The notes under the pieces are model-generated. The model was not told where the DNA came from. It did no database searches and saw only the letters and a list, made by a program, of their open reading frames with translations. A stretch of DNA of 64,000 nt, taken from the NCBI GenBank assembly GCA_028288965.1, contig JAQGHD010000008.1:22390-86389 (forward strand). The letters are read 5' to 3'. Made by a program: the position numbers and the translations under genes. The DNA is from Candidatus Saccharimonadota bacterium (GTDB taxonomy: Bacteria > Patescibacteriota > Saccharimonadia > Saccharimonadales > JAQGHD01). Within the stretch, counting starts at the first letter, position 1; each line of letters starts with the position of its first letter. Shown here piece by piece: positions 36,761-45,088 of this stretch.

Positions 36761-37659
36761 AGATTGCTGTAGCTGGACTAGGGCGCATGGGCATGCAGAT
36801 TGCCCGCAAGTTAGCCGAAAACGGGCACGAGGTAATTGCCCATAACCGCAGCCGGGATCCCATTGATGTGGCGGTAACCTACGGCGTGACGGCTGCTTAC
36901 ACCAAAGCCGATGTGGCCAAAGCTTTTGACGGGAAACAGTTTGTACTGTGGATTATGATTCCCACCGCCGTGCTTGATGAGGAACTGGCGGCCTGGCTCA
37001 AAATTATGCCCAAAGGCAGCACCATCATTGATGGCGGCAATTCCGATTACCGGCACACACTAGTGCGGGCCAAGAAAGTGGCGGACGCTGGCTTGCATCT
37101 GTTGGACGTTGGTACCAGCGGCGGTGTGTGGGGCTACCAAAATGGTTTTTCGATGATGGCCGGTGGACCACAGCCCGCGTTTGAAGCAATTGAGCCAGTG
37201 CTCAAGACCTTGGCTCAGCCCACCGGGGCCTACCATTATTTTGGCCCCAGCGGCTCCGGCCACTACGTCAAAATGGTCCATAACGCTATTGAATACGGCA
37301 TGATGGAATCTCTGGCCGAAGGCTACCGGATGCTTCACGACGGGCCGTTTAAAGAGCTCGATTTGGCCGCCGCCGGGGAAGTCTGGCAGCACGGCAGCGT
37401 GGTGACGTCTTGGTTGAATGAACTGTCGCGCCACGCGCTCAGTGAGAGTCCAGATCTAAAGGGCGTTGATGGCTACGTGGCCGAGACTGGCGAAGCCCGC
37501 TGGACGCTAGAGACCGCCAAGGATTTAGGCATTCCGTTGCCCTCTATTCAGGCGGCTTTTGATGTGCGTCTGGCCTCGCAAAAGGGTGACGTTAACTTTG
37601 CTACCAAACTAGTGGCGGCGATGCGCAATAAATTTGGCGGACATAGTATAAACAAGTGA
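36757..37659 (+). CDS. gnd: 6-phosphogluconate dehydrogenase (decarboxylating), short form
   Basis: ATGA overlap with pgl. MKIAVAGLGRMGMQIARKL Rossmann, GHYVKMVHNAIEYGMM block. Confidence 0.85.
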   Translation: MKIAVAGLGRMGMQIARKLAENGHEVIAHNRSRDPIDVAVTYGVTAAYTKADVAKAFDGKQFVLWIMIPTAVLDEELAAWLKIMPKGSTIIDGGNSDYRHTLVRAKKVADAGLHLLDVGTSGGVWGYQNGFSMMAGGPQPAFEAIEPVLKTLAQPTGAYHYFGPSGSGHYVKMVHNAIEYGMMESLAEGYRMLHDGPFKELDLAAAGEVWQHGSVVTSWLNELSRHALSESPDLKGVDGYVAETGEARWTLETAKDLGIPLPSIQAAFDVRLASQKGDVNFATKLVAAMRNKFGGHSINK

Positions 37660-38996
37660 CCGCCAAGACCAAACCCACCATTTTAATTGTTGTTGGCATC
37701 ACCGGTGATCTCAGTCACCGGAAATTGCTGCCTGCTATTGAGCAAATTGTAAAAGCCCAGGCCGCGCCAGAAAAGTTTGAGGTGGTGGGCATTTCTCGCC
37801 GGGATGTCACGGCGGCCGAAGTTTTAAAAGGCTCGATGGCCGAGGTTCAAAAGGGCTTTTTGAGTAAGCACCTCAACATGTTTCAGATGGACCTATCCAA
37901 TCCGGCCGATTACAACCGGCTAAAGGACTACCTCAAAGAACTAGAAGTCCAGATGGGAGCCCCAGCCCAGCGTTTATTTTACCTGTCAGTTCCGCCCCAG
38001 ATTTCCGAACCAATTATCCGCTGTTTGGGCGAGGTGGGCTTGGCCGAGTCTAGTGACACCAAGCTGCTGCTAGAAAAACCGTTTGGCACAGATCTCACCT
38101 CGGCTCAGGAGCTTATTACCCAAACCCGCAAGTATTTTAAAGAAGAGCAGATTTACCGGATTGATCACTACCTGGCCAAAGATATGGCTCAAAATCTGGT
38201 GGTCTTTCGCGGCGGCAACTCCCTATTTAAGCGCACCTGGAACAAGGACTTTATTGAGCGTATCCAGGTGGTGGCCAGTGAGGCGATAGATATTGAGGGG
38301 CGGACGACTTTTTATGAGCAAACCGGTGCCCTGCGCGATGTGGTCCAAAGCCACCTGTTGCAGCTGGCCGCCCTGACTCTCATGCAGTCGCCGGAAGTCG
38401 GTCAAGTTTCCGAAGTTCCAAAGCACCGGCTAGCGGCCCTTAAGCAGCTGCAGCTACCAGCTGGACAACCTATTACCAACAGCGTCAAGCGGGCCCAGTA
38501 CAAGGGGTACCAGCGTGATGTCAATAACCCCGATAGCCGAACAGAAACCTTTGTGAGCCTGACCCTAGAGTCTCAAGATCCGGCGTGGGCGGGTGTACCA
38601 ATTCAGCTAATTACCGGTAAGAGCCTCAAAGAAAAACTGACGGAAATCCGGATAACCTACAAAAAAGAACAGCAGTTTGAAGCTAACGAGCTGGTGATTA
38701 AGTTCCAGCCACACGAGGAGATTGAGCTGTGTCTGTGGATCAAGGTGCCTGGCTACGAGTGGCGGGTAGAACGCCATTTTCTGCAGCTAGAGTTTAATGA
38801 GCAATTTGGCGAGATCAGGGAAGCCTATGAGCAGGTATTACTGGATGCCATTGTCGGCAACCACACCTTTTTTACCTCTAGCGAAGAGGTGCTGGAAACC
38901 TGGCGCATCCTGCAGCCCATACTGTCCGCCTGGAGCATGCAAGACCAAGACCTCCAGCTGTACCCGCCGGGAACGGATTACCAAGAACTGATGTAG
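37656..38996 (+). CDS. zwf: glucose-6-phosphate 1-dehydrogenase
   Basis: GITGDLSHRKLLPA NADP site and active-site RIDHYLAK. 4-nt overlap with gnd. Confidence 0.9.
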   Translation: MTAKTKPTILIVVGITGDLSHRKLLPAIEQIVKAQAAPEKFEVVGISRRDVTAAEVLKGSMAEVQKGFLSKHLNMFQMDLSNPADYNRLKDYLKELEVQMGAPAQRLFYLSVPPQISEPIIRCLGEVGLAESSDTKLLLEKPFGTDLTSAQELITQTRKYFKEEQIYRIDHYLAKDMAQNLVVFRGGNSLFKRTWNKDFIERIQVVASEAIDIEGRTTFYEQTGALRDVVQSHLLQLAALTLMQSPEVGQVSEVPKHRLAALKQLQLPAGQPITNSVKRAQYKGYQRDVNNPDSRTETFVSLTLESQDPAWAGVPIQLITGKSLKEKLTEIRITYKKEQQFEANELVIKFQPHEEIELCLWIKVPGYEWRVERHFLQLEFNEQFGEIREAYEQVLLDAIVGNHTFFTSSEEVLETWRILQPILSAWSMQDQDLQLYPPGTDYQELM

Positions 38997-39932
38997 TTAG
39001 TTTACTTTAATGACCACTTTGCCACGGTGTTTGCCCTCTTGAATATAGGCCAACGCTTGGCTGGCTTCTTCCAGCGGAAAAACTTTATCTATTTGGGGTT
39101 TGATGGCGCCTTGGTCCACTAACTCGGCCAGTTTGGTCAGGCGCTCGGTAGTAGTCCGCGTTTGTTGGGCAATGGCCGTGACCTGGTGCTGGGCAGCCAG
39201 TTCTTCATTGGGTTGCTCGGTCATAGAAATCAGTATGCCGCCAGGTTTTAGCACTTGGTAGGATTTGGTATAGGTGTCGCCGCCAACGGTGTCATAGACC
39301 ACGTCGTAATCTTGCAGCAGAGTGGAGAAATCTTGTGATGTGTAGTCAATAACTTCATCGGCGCCCAAGTTTTTTACAAAATCGGCATCATCGGCCGCTG
39401 CGGTCGTGGCCACGTAGGCCTTGAGGTGTTTAGCCAACTGAATTGCATAAGAACCAATCCCGCCGGCCCCACCGTGAATCAGGACTTTCTGGCCAGCCTG
39501 CAAGTTGGCTTCTTCTACCAGTGCTTGATAGGTACTGACTCCGGCCAATGGCAGAGCCGCGGCTGTCACAAAATCCAGTTTTTTAGGCTTAGGAGCTACC
39601 GATTCGGCCTTAACCGGTACAAACTCAGCAAATGAACCCTCGCCGCCCAGAGCGTTGGCCTGGCCGTAGACCTCCATGCCGACGCTTAAGCCATTCACGC
39701 CCTCGCCAAGCTCTTCAATCACGCCGGCAAAGTCACTACCAAGCGTGGCCGGAAACTTCAAAGGAACATAAGCCTGCGCCTGGCCTTCGCGCACTTTCCA
39801 GTCAAAAGGATTAACGGCTGCCGCATGGACTGCCACCAAAACTTGGCCGGCCGCCGCTTTTGGCTTAGGGGCGTCCACGACAGTCTTTAAAACACTTTTA
39901 TCACCATATTCAGTTATTTGGGCCGCTTTCAT
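38997..39932 (-). CDS. NADPH:quinone oxidoreductase / zinc-type alcohol dehydrogenase superfamily (MDR)
   Basis: VNPFDWKVREG and GGAGGIGSYAIQLAK Rossmann motif. RBS AAGGAG before the ATG at 39932. Confidence 0.8.
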   Translation of the reverse strand: MKAAQITEYGDKSVLKTVVDAPKPKAAAGQVLVAVHAAAVNPFDWKVREGQAQAYVPLKFPATLGSDFAGVIEELGEGVNGLSVGMEVYGQANALGGEGSFAEFVPVKAESVAPKPKKLDFVTAAALPLAGVSTYQALVEEANLQAGQKVLIHGGAGGIGSYAIQLAKHLKAYVATTAAADDADFVKNLGADEVIDYTSQDFSTLLQDYDVVYDTVGGDTYTKSYQVLKPGGILISMTEQPNEELAAQHQVTAIAQQTRTTTERLTKLAELVDQGAIKPQIDKVFPLEEASQALAYIQEGKHRGKVVIKVN

Positions 39933-40095
39933 ATGTCTCCTTACTTTTACTATCACTATACCAACATTATTTAAGTACGGGCTGTGAGATTACTGGTTGC
40001 TAAGATCAACGCTGTTGCGAATCATGGAATTTCTAAGGCATAAAAAAACGACTCCTCTTGCGAAGAGCCGTTTGATTACTCCGTTAAGAGTCGAC

Positions 40096-40377
40096 TTATC
40101 GTCCGCCACCAAAGTCGCGGCGAGGTCGATCCTCACGAGGACGTGCTTCGTTAACCGTAATAGTACGGCCACCAAGATCACTGTTGTTTAGAGCTTGTTC
40201 AGCTGCCTTGCCTTCGTCATCGCTTTCGAATTCGACAAAGCCAAAACCTTTGCTGCGACCGCTGTCGCGGTCCTTGATAACCGTAGCGCTAGCTACAGTA
40301 CCGTGTTGAGCAAAGAGCTGCTGGAGCTCATCGTCGGTGGTGCTAAAGGGCAAGCCACCTACAAATAACTTGTACAT
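40096..40377 (-). CDS. RRM-type RNA-binding protein with RGG-like tail
   Basis: RNP2 KLFVGGL, RNP1 KGFGFVEF. Start at ATG 40377 (AAGGAA upstream) rather than TTG 40434. Confidence 0.85.
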   Translation of the reverse strand: MYKLFVGGLPFSTTDDELQQLFAQHGTVASATVIKDRDSGRSKGFGFVEFESDDEGKAAEQALNNSDLGGRTITVNEARPREDRPRRDFGGGR

Positions 40378-40567
40378 GTATGTAATTTCCTTGATTACTT
40401 GTCTCAGGTACGACCTACTTACTGGCTTGGACAAAGACTCGAACTGACCCGAAAACCTTGAATCAAGGGGTGTCTATCGAACTTTCTCGTGTTAAGAACA
40501 GTGAAGATTCCTGCCGCGGTATTTAACTATAAAACGCTCACGAAAGCAAGCTATTTATATATACTTA

Positions 40568-40595
40568 TTGACAAAAAAGCAAAACTGTGTATAAT
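40568..40595 (+). promoter_or_regulatory. near-consensus sigma70-type promoter
   Basis: TTGACA (40568-40573), 16-nt spacer, TATAAT (40590-40595). Confidence 0.65.
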
Positions 40596-40717
40596 AGTAG
40601 ATGTTGTCATGACAAAACAAACACTACAAATTAACATTTCGTTTCCAGTCTTAAAGGCTTCTTAGGGGTTTACTAACCACTTTGAAACGTTAGGGACTTG
40701 GGCACTTGGAGGGATCA

Positions 40718-40810
40718 GTGTCACGTAATAACGGCAGTTTGAGCTACGAGCTTGAACCCACAACCAATAAAGAAATTCTTGACGTCGACTCAATCATAGC
40801 TCGGCTGTAA
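40718..40810 (+). CDS. candidate 30-aa small protein (alternative: the unit is a non-coding RNA)
   Basis: GGAGG (40708-40712) lies 5 nt before a GTG. Encodes MSRNNGSLSYELEPTTNKEILDVDSIIARL, with its stop ~10 nt before the terminator. Below the ORF-track cutoff. Confidence 0.3.
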   Translation: MSRNNGSLSYELEPTTNKEILDVDSIIARL

Positions 40811-40820
40811 GAATTCCAAA

Positions 40821-40847
40821 AACCCGCTTTAACCGGCGGGTTTTTTT
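40821..40847 (+). terminator. rho-independent terminator
   Basis: ACCCGC-tttaaccg-GCGGGT followed by TTTTTTT. Confidence 0.7.
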
Positions 40848-40957
40848 AATGGCTCAGCGCTTTAGGGACAAAATGCTCATGGTCGGTGTAACGACACTAG
40901 GCAACAGATACGAATCGTGGTATATTTCACCATGCCTTCACATGATATAGTTTGTTC

Positions 40958-41010
40958 CAGTTTTCCAAACCAAGGAGTCGACTTGTTCGACTCGACTGTT
41001 TGGAAAACTG
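40958..41010 (+). other. long bipartite hairpin upstream of tRNA-Met
   Basis: Perfect 13-bp outer stem CAGTTTTCCAAAC / GTTTGGAAAACTG enclosing a 7-bp inner stem GAGTCGA-cttgt-TCGACTC. Confidence 0.4.
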
Positions 41011-41080
41011 AGAGGAAGGGCCGACTAGAGCGTGTAGTTCGCCGTCTAGGTGAACGAAAGGCGACCGTCGGTTCTGACGC

Positions 41081-41157
41081 GGCAGGGTAGCTCAGTTGGT
41101 TAGAGCACAGGACTCATAAGCCTGGGGTCGCGAGTTCAAATCTCGCCCCTGCTACCA
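41081..41157 (+). tRNA. tRNA-Met (CAU), elongator type
   Basis: 77 nt: GGCAGGG-TA-GCTCAGTTGGTTAGAGC-A-CAGGA-CTCATAA-GCCTG-GGGTC-GCGAG-TTCAAAT-CTCGC-CCCTGCT-A-CCA. The D-arm and variable loop match E. coli elongator tRNA-Met as I recall it. Confidence 0.8.
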
Positions 41158-41172
41158 AGTTTAGGAATTATG

Positions 41173-41195
41173 GCTTCCAGAAACGGAGGCTTTTT
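41173..41195 (+). terminator. terminator after tRNA-Met
   Basis: GCTTCC-agaaac-GGAGGC followed by TTTTT. Confidence 0.5.
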
Positions 41196-41314
41196 ATTAT
41201 GCTGGTGCTTGCGGTGTACAGCTACTCATTCACGCGGACGCTGTCCGGTGGTCATCTAGCATGTCAAGGTGCAGGCCTTGCTGCTGCCTATATTTAGCAA
41301 CAAGTTGCGCAGAG

Positions 41315-41896
41315 TTAGCCGCAGACGAAGTTGATGATGCCTTTTATTTGACCGAGCATATTAGAGCGGGGACAGTTGGAGTACACGCCAAAATCGGCCT
41401 GCTGCATAATTCGTAAGTCGTGGTAGCCACAAGGATTTGGGCTATCGTAATCGGGATACTCAGCTTCAAGAAATTCGGCTTGAGACATGGGGACTACACC
41501 CGGCATATCTTTTTCTACCGTTCGTTTGTACCTAACTTCTGCTGGGCACCAAATAGCTACCACACAGGTTTTAATAAGAGGGCTAGCAGCCTTGTAGCGT
41601 AAATAGTCGGCGTAATTATGGATGCCACCTTGTAAAAGAGTTGGGCTGCGCTCTACGCTTTGCAAGACTAATTGGGCCAAGGCATCGGTGCCGTTGCGGT
41701 GCCTAAGCTCGCGCTCGTACGACCGGTAGTCGGCGGGGGTGGTAAGCTGTTTATTTGTCTTGGCAGCGTCGTCACGCAACATGTCGCTTGGATTAAGTGC
41801 GTAGCAATCTGAGTAAAACGCATCGCGGCTGGCTGTGCTTTCACCGCCTTTTGGATTGGCCGCAAACACAATTAATACTTTTTCGTTCATACCCAA
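41315..41896 (-). CDS. hypothetical protein (193 aa)
   Basis: ORF only. No motif confidently recognised. Confidence 0.45.
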   Translation of the reverse strand: MGMNEKVLIVFAANPKGGESTASRDAFYSDCYALNPSDMLRDDAAKTNKQLTTPADYRSYERELRHRNGTDALAQLVLQSVERSPTLLQGGIHNYADYLRYKAASPLIKTCVVAIWCPAEVRYKRTVEKDMPGVVPMSQAEFLEAEYPDYDSPNPCGYHDLRIMQQADFGVYSNCPRSNMLGQIKGIINFVCG

Positions 41897-41999
41897 ACGT
41901 ACAAATATACAGGCAGCCCATTGCTATAGAAGTGAGATTTTCGCTTTACGCCTGTGCATGCCCCTCACATTCTAGGGAGCTAACTGATAAGATTAAAGC

Positions 42000-42887
42000 A
42001 TGATCGATACGCTTGACCCAGGTACGTACGTGGTAGCCGTTTCTGGTGGAGTGGATTCCGTAAGTTTGCTGCATGTGTTGGCCCAGCAGCCTCATCTCTC
42101 CCTGATTGTGGCCCATTTTGATCATGGTATTCGCCCGGATTCTCGGGCTGATCGAGAGCATGTGCAATTGCTAGCCAGTAACTGGGGCCTGCCATTTGTT
42201 TACGACGAGGTGCATCTGGGTCCAGCTACCAGTGAAGAAGCAGCCCGCAAAGCTCGCTACACGTTTTTGGAGCGAGTCCGCCAGGCTAGTCGCGCCCAAG
42301 CTATTATTACGGCGCATCATCAAGATGATGTGCTGGAAACAGCCATTCATAATATGCGGCGCGGTACTGGTCGGCGCGGTCTTACTTCACTAGCCAGTCA
42401 CGGCCCACTACATCGGCCGCTGTTGCAGGTTCCCAAATGGAAAATTATCGATTACGCCCTGGAGCATAAACTGGATTGGCATGAAGATAGCACCAATGCT
42501 GATACTCGCTACGCCCGCAACTATATTCGTCATAATATTGTTAAAAAATTAAACTACGAGCAACGTGCTCAATTGCTTAAACTAATTCAGGCCACCCTGC
42601 AACTGAACACAGAGATTGAGCAATTACTCATCAATCAACTGCACGTCCAACCGGCGCCCAATAGGCTGGCACGACACTGGTTTATCATGCTGCCGCACGC
42701 TGTGGCCAAAGAAGCTTTGGCGCAATGGCTCAGACAAAACGGGATACGCAGCTACGATAAACCAACGCTTGAGCGGCTAGTTATTGCCGGTAAAACAGCG
42801 TTACCTGGTAAAATAGTAGACGTTAACGGTGAGTATCAACTGCTTGTAGAAAAGAGTATATTAGCACTCAAGCACCGAGACCGCTAG
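42000..42887 (+). CDS. tilS: tRNA(Ile)-lysidine synthase
   Basis: PP-loop VAVSGGVDSVSLL, AHHQDD block. Conserved position upstream of ftsH. Confidence 0.85.
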   Translation: MIDTLDPGTYVVAVSGGVDSVSLLHVLAQQPHLSLIVAHFDHGIRPDSRADREHVQLLASNWGLPFVYDEVHLGPATSEEAARKARYTFLERVRQASRAQAIITAHHQDDVLETAIHNMRRGTGRRGLTSLASHGPLHRPLLQVPKWKIIDYALEHKLDWHEDSTNADTRYARNYIRHNIVKKLNYEQRAQLLKLIQATLQLNTEIEQLLINQLHVQPAPNRLARHWFIMLPHAVAKEALAQWLRQNGIRSYDKPTLERLVIAGKTALPGKIVDVNGEYQLLVEKSILALKHRDR

Positions 42888-42924
42888 AATTTGTGCGCCA
42901 GACTTTGTATAATAAGAGGTACAT

Positions 42925-44793
42925 ATGGATAGGAAACCATTTCGAGGTAAAGCACCAAAGAGTGATAAAGGGCGTAGAGGCTTTAAAAACATTGGCTTCG
43001 TAGCGCTGCTTATATTAATTGGACTGATTGTTTTTGCGTCCTTGAGTCAGCCCAGTAATTTAAAAGACATTCCGTTTTCTCAGGTTATCGAACGCGCCAA
43101 TAGCGGCACCATAAAAGAGATTGATATTTCTGGCAATGATTTGACGGTTACTGAAAAAGGCCAAGATAAACCCACTGAAAAATCCCATAAAGAACCTGGC
43201 TCCAGTATCTATGAGCAGGGGCTTAAGAATCGTGACGTGGTGGTCAATGTAAAACCAGGATCAAGTGCTGGCAGCACCTGGGCCAATATAGGGATTTCTA
43301 TTTTGCCGGTGCTGGTCATTAGCCTAGTACTGTTCTTTATGCTGAGGAGCGCCCAAGGTCAGGGTAACCAAGCCCTGAGTTTTGGTAAGAGCCGAGCCCG
43401 ACTCTACGGCAACGAACGCGAGAAAGTCACTTTTGCTGAAGTTGCTGGGAGTGATGAAGCTAAGCAGGACCTCCAAGAAGTTGTCGAGTTTTTGAAGTAC
43501 CCCAAAAAGTTTGAATCGGTCGGGGCCAAAATTCCTAAAGGTGTATTGCTAGTAGGCCCGCCAGGTACCGGTAAAACTATGTTAGCCCGCGCTGTGGCTG
43601 GCGAAGCCAATGCGCCGTTCTTTAGTATTTCTGGTAGTGAGTTTGTGGAAATGTTTGTCGGTGTGGGGGCCAGCCGGGTTCGTGATTTATTTGCCAAAGC
43701 CAAAAAGAATGCCCCGTGCATTATCTTTATAGATGAAATTGATGCTGTGGGACGCCGCCGTGGTAGTGGTATGGGTGGTGGCCACGACGAGCGTGAGCAA
43801 ACCCTGAACCAAATTTTGGTAGAAATGGACGGTTTTGAGCAAGGCACCAATGTCATAGTACTAGCGGCCACCAACCGCGCCGATGTGCTAGATCCGGCTC
43901 TGCTGCGCCCAGGCCGTTTTGACCGCCGGGTAAACATCGACCTGCCAGACCGCAAGGACCGTGAAGCTATACTTAAGGTGCACTTTGCCAAGAAGCCGCT
44001 GGCCAAGAACGTAGACCTTGATGCCTTAGCGGCCAAGAGCGCCGGTTCGGCCGGTGCCGATCTGGCTAACATCGCCAACGAGGCCGCTATTATTGCCGCT
44101 CGCCACAACCGCCGCGAAATCTCCCAAGAAGATGTCACTCAAGCGTTTGAAAAAGTGGCCATTGGACCAGAGCGCCGCAGCAAAATTATGAGTGACAAAG
44201 AAAAAGAAATCACCGCTTATCACGAAGCTGGGCACGCCCTGGTGGGACACGTTTTGCCGGACAGTGATGTGGTGCACAAGGTGACAATTATTCCGCGTGG
44301 TGGCACCGGCGGCGTTACCTGGTTTATTCCCCCAGAAGATAAAAGTTACCACAGCGTCATTGAGTACAAGGACGTACTAGCCCGTATGCTGGGTGGCCGT
44401 ATTGCCGAGGAAGTAATGTTCGGTGCAGACCGAGTGACCACTGGTGCTGGCAATGACTTGCAAAAAGCTGCTGAGCTGGCTCGCGATATGGTTATGAACC
44501 AAGGCATGGGCCAAAAGCTACGTGACCAAGTTTTCCAAGTAGATGAGGGCATGATGCTCGAGCGCCTGGTGCACGAGCGCACCTACAGTGACGAAACAGC
44601 CAAGATCATTGATGACGAAGTCGAGAATCTAATTACCGAAGCTGCCAAACGCGCCAAGTTGGTCATCAGGTCAAACCTGGATAAATTAGAAGCGCTTAAG
44701 AAACGCTTGTTAGAGAAAGAAACCATCGAAGCTGCCGAGGCCAATGAGCTACTCAAAGGCTCAATCATGCCCAAAGCCGCAGCATTATACTAA
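42925..44793 (+). CDS. ftsH: ATP-dependent zinc metalloprotease FtsH
   Basis: Two N-terminal TMs, Walker A GPPGTGKT, Walker [18 protein letters not shown] zinc site. Confidence 0.95.
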   Translation: MDRKPFRGKAPKSDKGRRGFKNIGFVALLILIGLIVFASLSQPSNLKDIPFSQVIERANSGTIKEIDISGNDLTVTEKGQDKPTEKSHKEPGSSIYEQGLKNRDVVVNVKPGSSAGSTWANIGISILPVLVISLVLFFMLRSAQGQGNQALSFGKSRARLYGNEREKVTFAEVAGSDEAKQDLQEVVEFLKYPKKFESVGAKIPKGVLLVGPPGTGKTMLARAVAGEANAPFFSISGSEFVEMFVGVGASRVRDLFAKAKKNAPCIIFIDEIDAVGRRRGSGMGGGHDEREQTLNQILVEMDGFEQGTNVIVLAATNRADVLDPALLRPGRFDRRVNIDLPDRKDREAILKVHFAKKPLAKNVDLDALAAKSAGSAGADLANIANEAAIIAARHNRREISQEDVTQAFEKVAIGPERRSKIMSDKEKEITAYHEAGHALVGHVLPDSDVVHKVTIIPRGGTGGVTWFIPPEDKSYHSVIEYKDVLARMLGGRIAEEVMFGADRVTTGAGNDLQKAAELARDMVMNQGMGQKLRDQVFQVDEGMMLERLVHERTYSDETAKIIDDEVENLITEAAKRAKLVIRSNLDKLEALKKRLLEKETIEAAEANELLKGSIMPKAAALY

Positions 44794-44828
44794 CCAGCAA
44801 AATATGGTGCCACGCCGTCTACCTAAGT

Positions 44829-45025
44829 AATTGCCCGGCAATTCAGATAGATGCCATGAAAACACTATGGCTCCCTAGGCTGGTCTTTACCGCGCCGGCA
44901 GAACGCAAGCGGTTTCGCTCCAAAAATTAAAGGAGGAGCGAAACACACTGCCGCCTTTATTCGGTAAATCCCAGCCTGAGTCGCCTCGGTTTTCCTGAGT
45001 CTATCTGAATTGCCGGGCAATTTTT
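44829..45025 (+). ncRNA. ~197-nt rod-like structured element (6S-RNA-like candidate; alternative: MITE)
   Basis: Perfect 23-bp terminal inverted repeat (44829-44851 / 45000-45022). Internal pairings 44877-83/44971-77, 44886-92/44962-68, 44896-901/44948-53, 44912-21/44935-44. Unpaired 25-nt and 22-nt segments face each other like a central bubble. T-run after the 3' arm. No ORF. Confidence 0.4.
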
Positions 45026-45088
45026 AAGTAGTAAAGATGGGTGATTTAAAGGGCGGTTTTGCAGCCGGTAGTTTATAATTACTGCTTA

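Noticed and set aside
40378-40434. Longer RRM protein starting at TTG 40434
   Set aside because: RNP2 (KLFVGGL) normally lies within the first few residues. ATG 40377 has an AAGGAA SD at suitable distance, whereas the TTG has none.
43404-44138. 244-aa antisense ORF (and several shorter ones) inside ftsH
   Set aside because: The plus-strand frame is unambiguous FtsH (Walker A/B, SRH, HEAGH). The antisense product is low-complexity S/A/R-rich, as is typical of shadow ORFs in GC-balanced genes. It has no SD.
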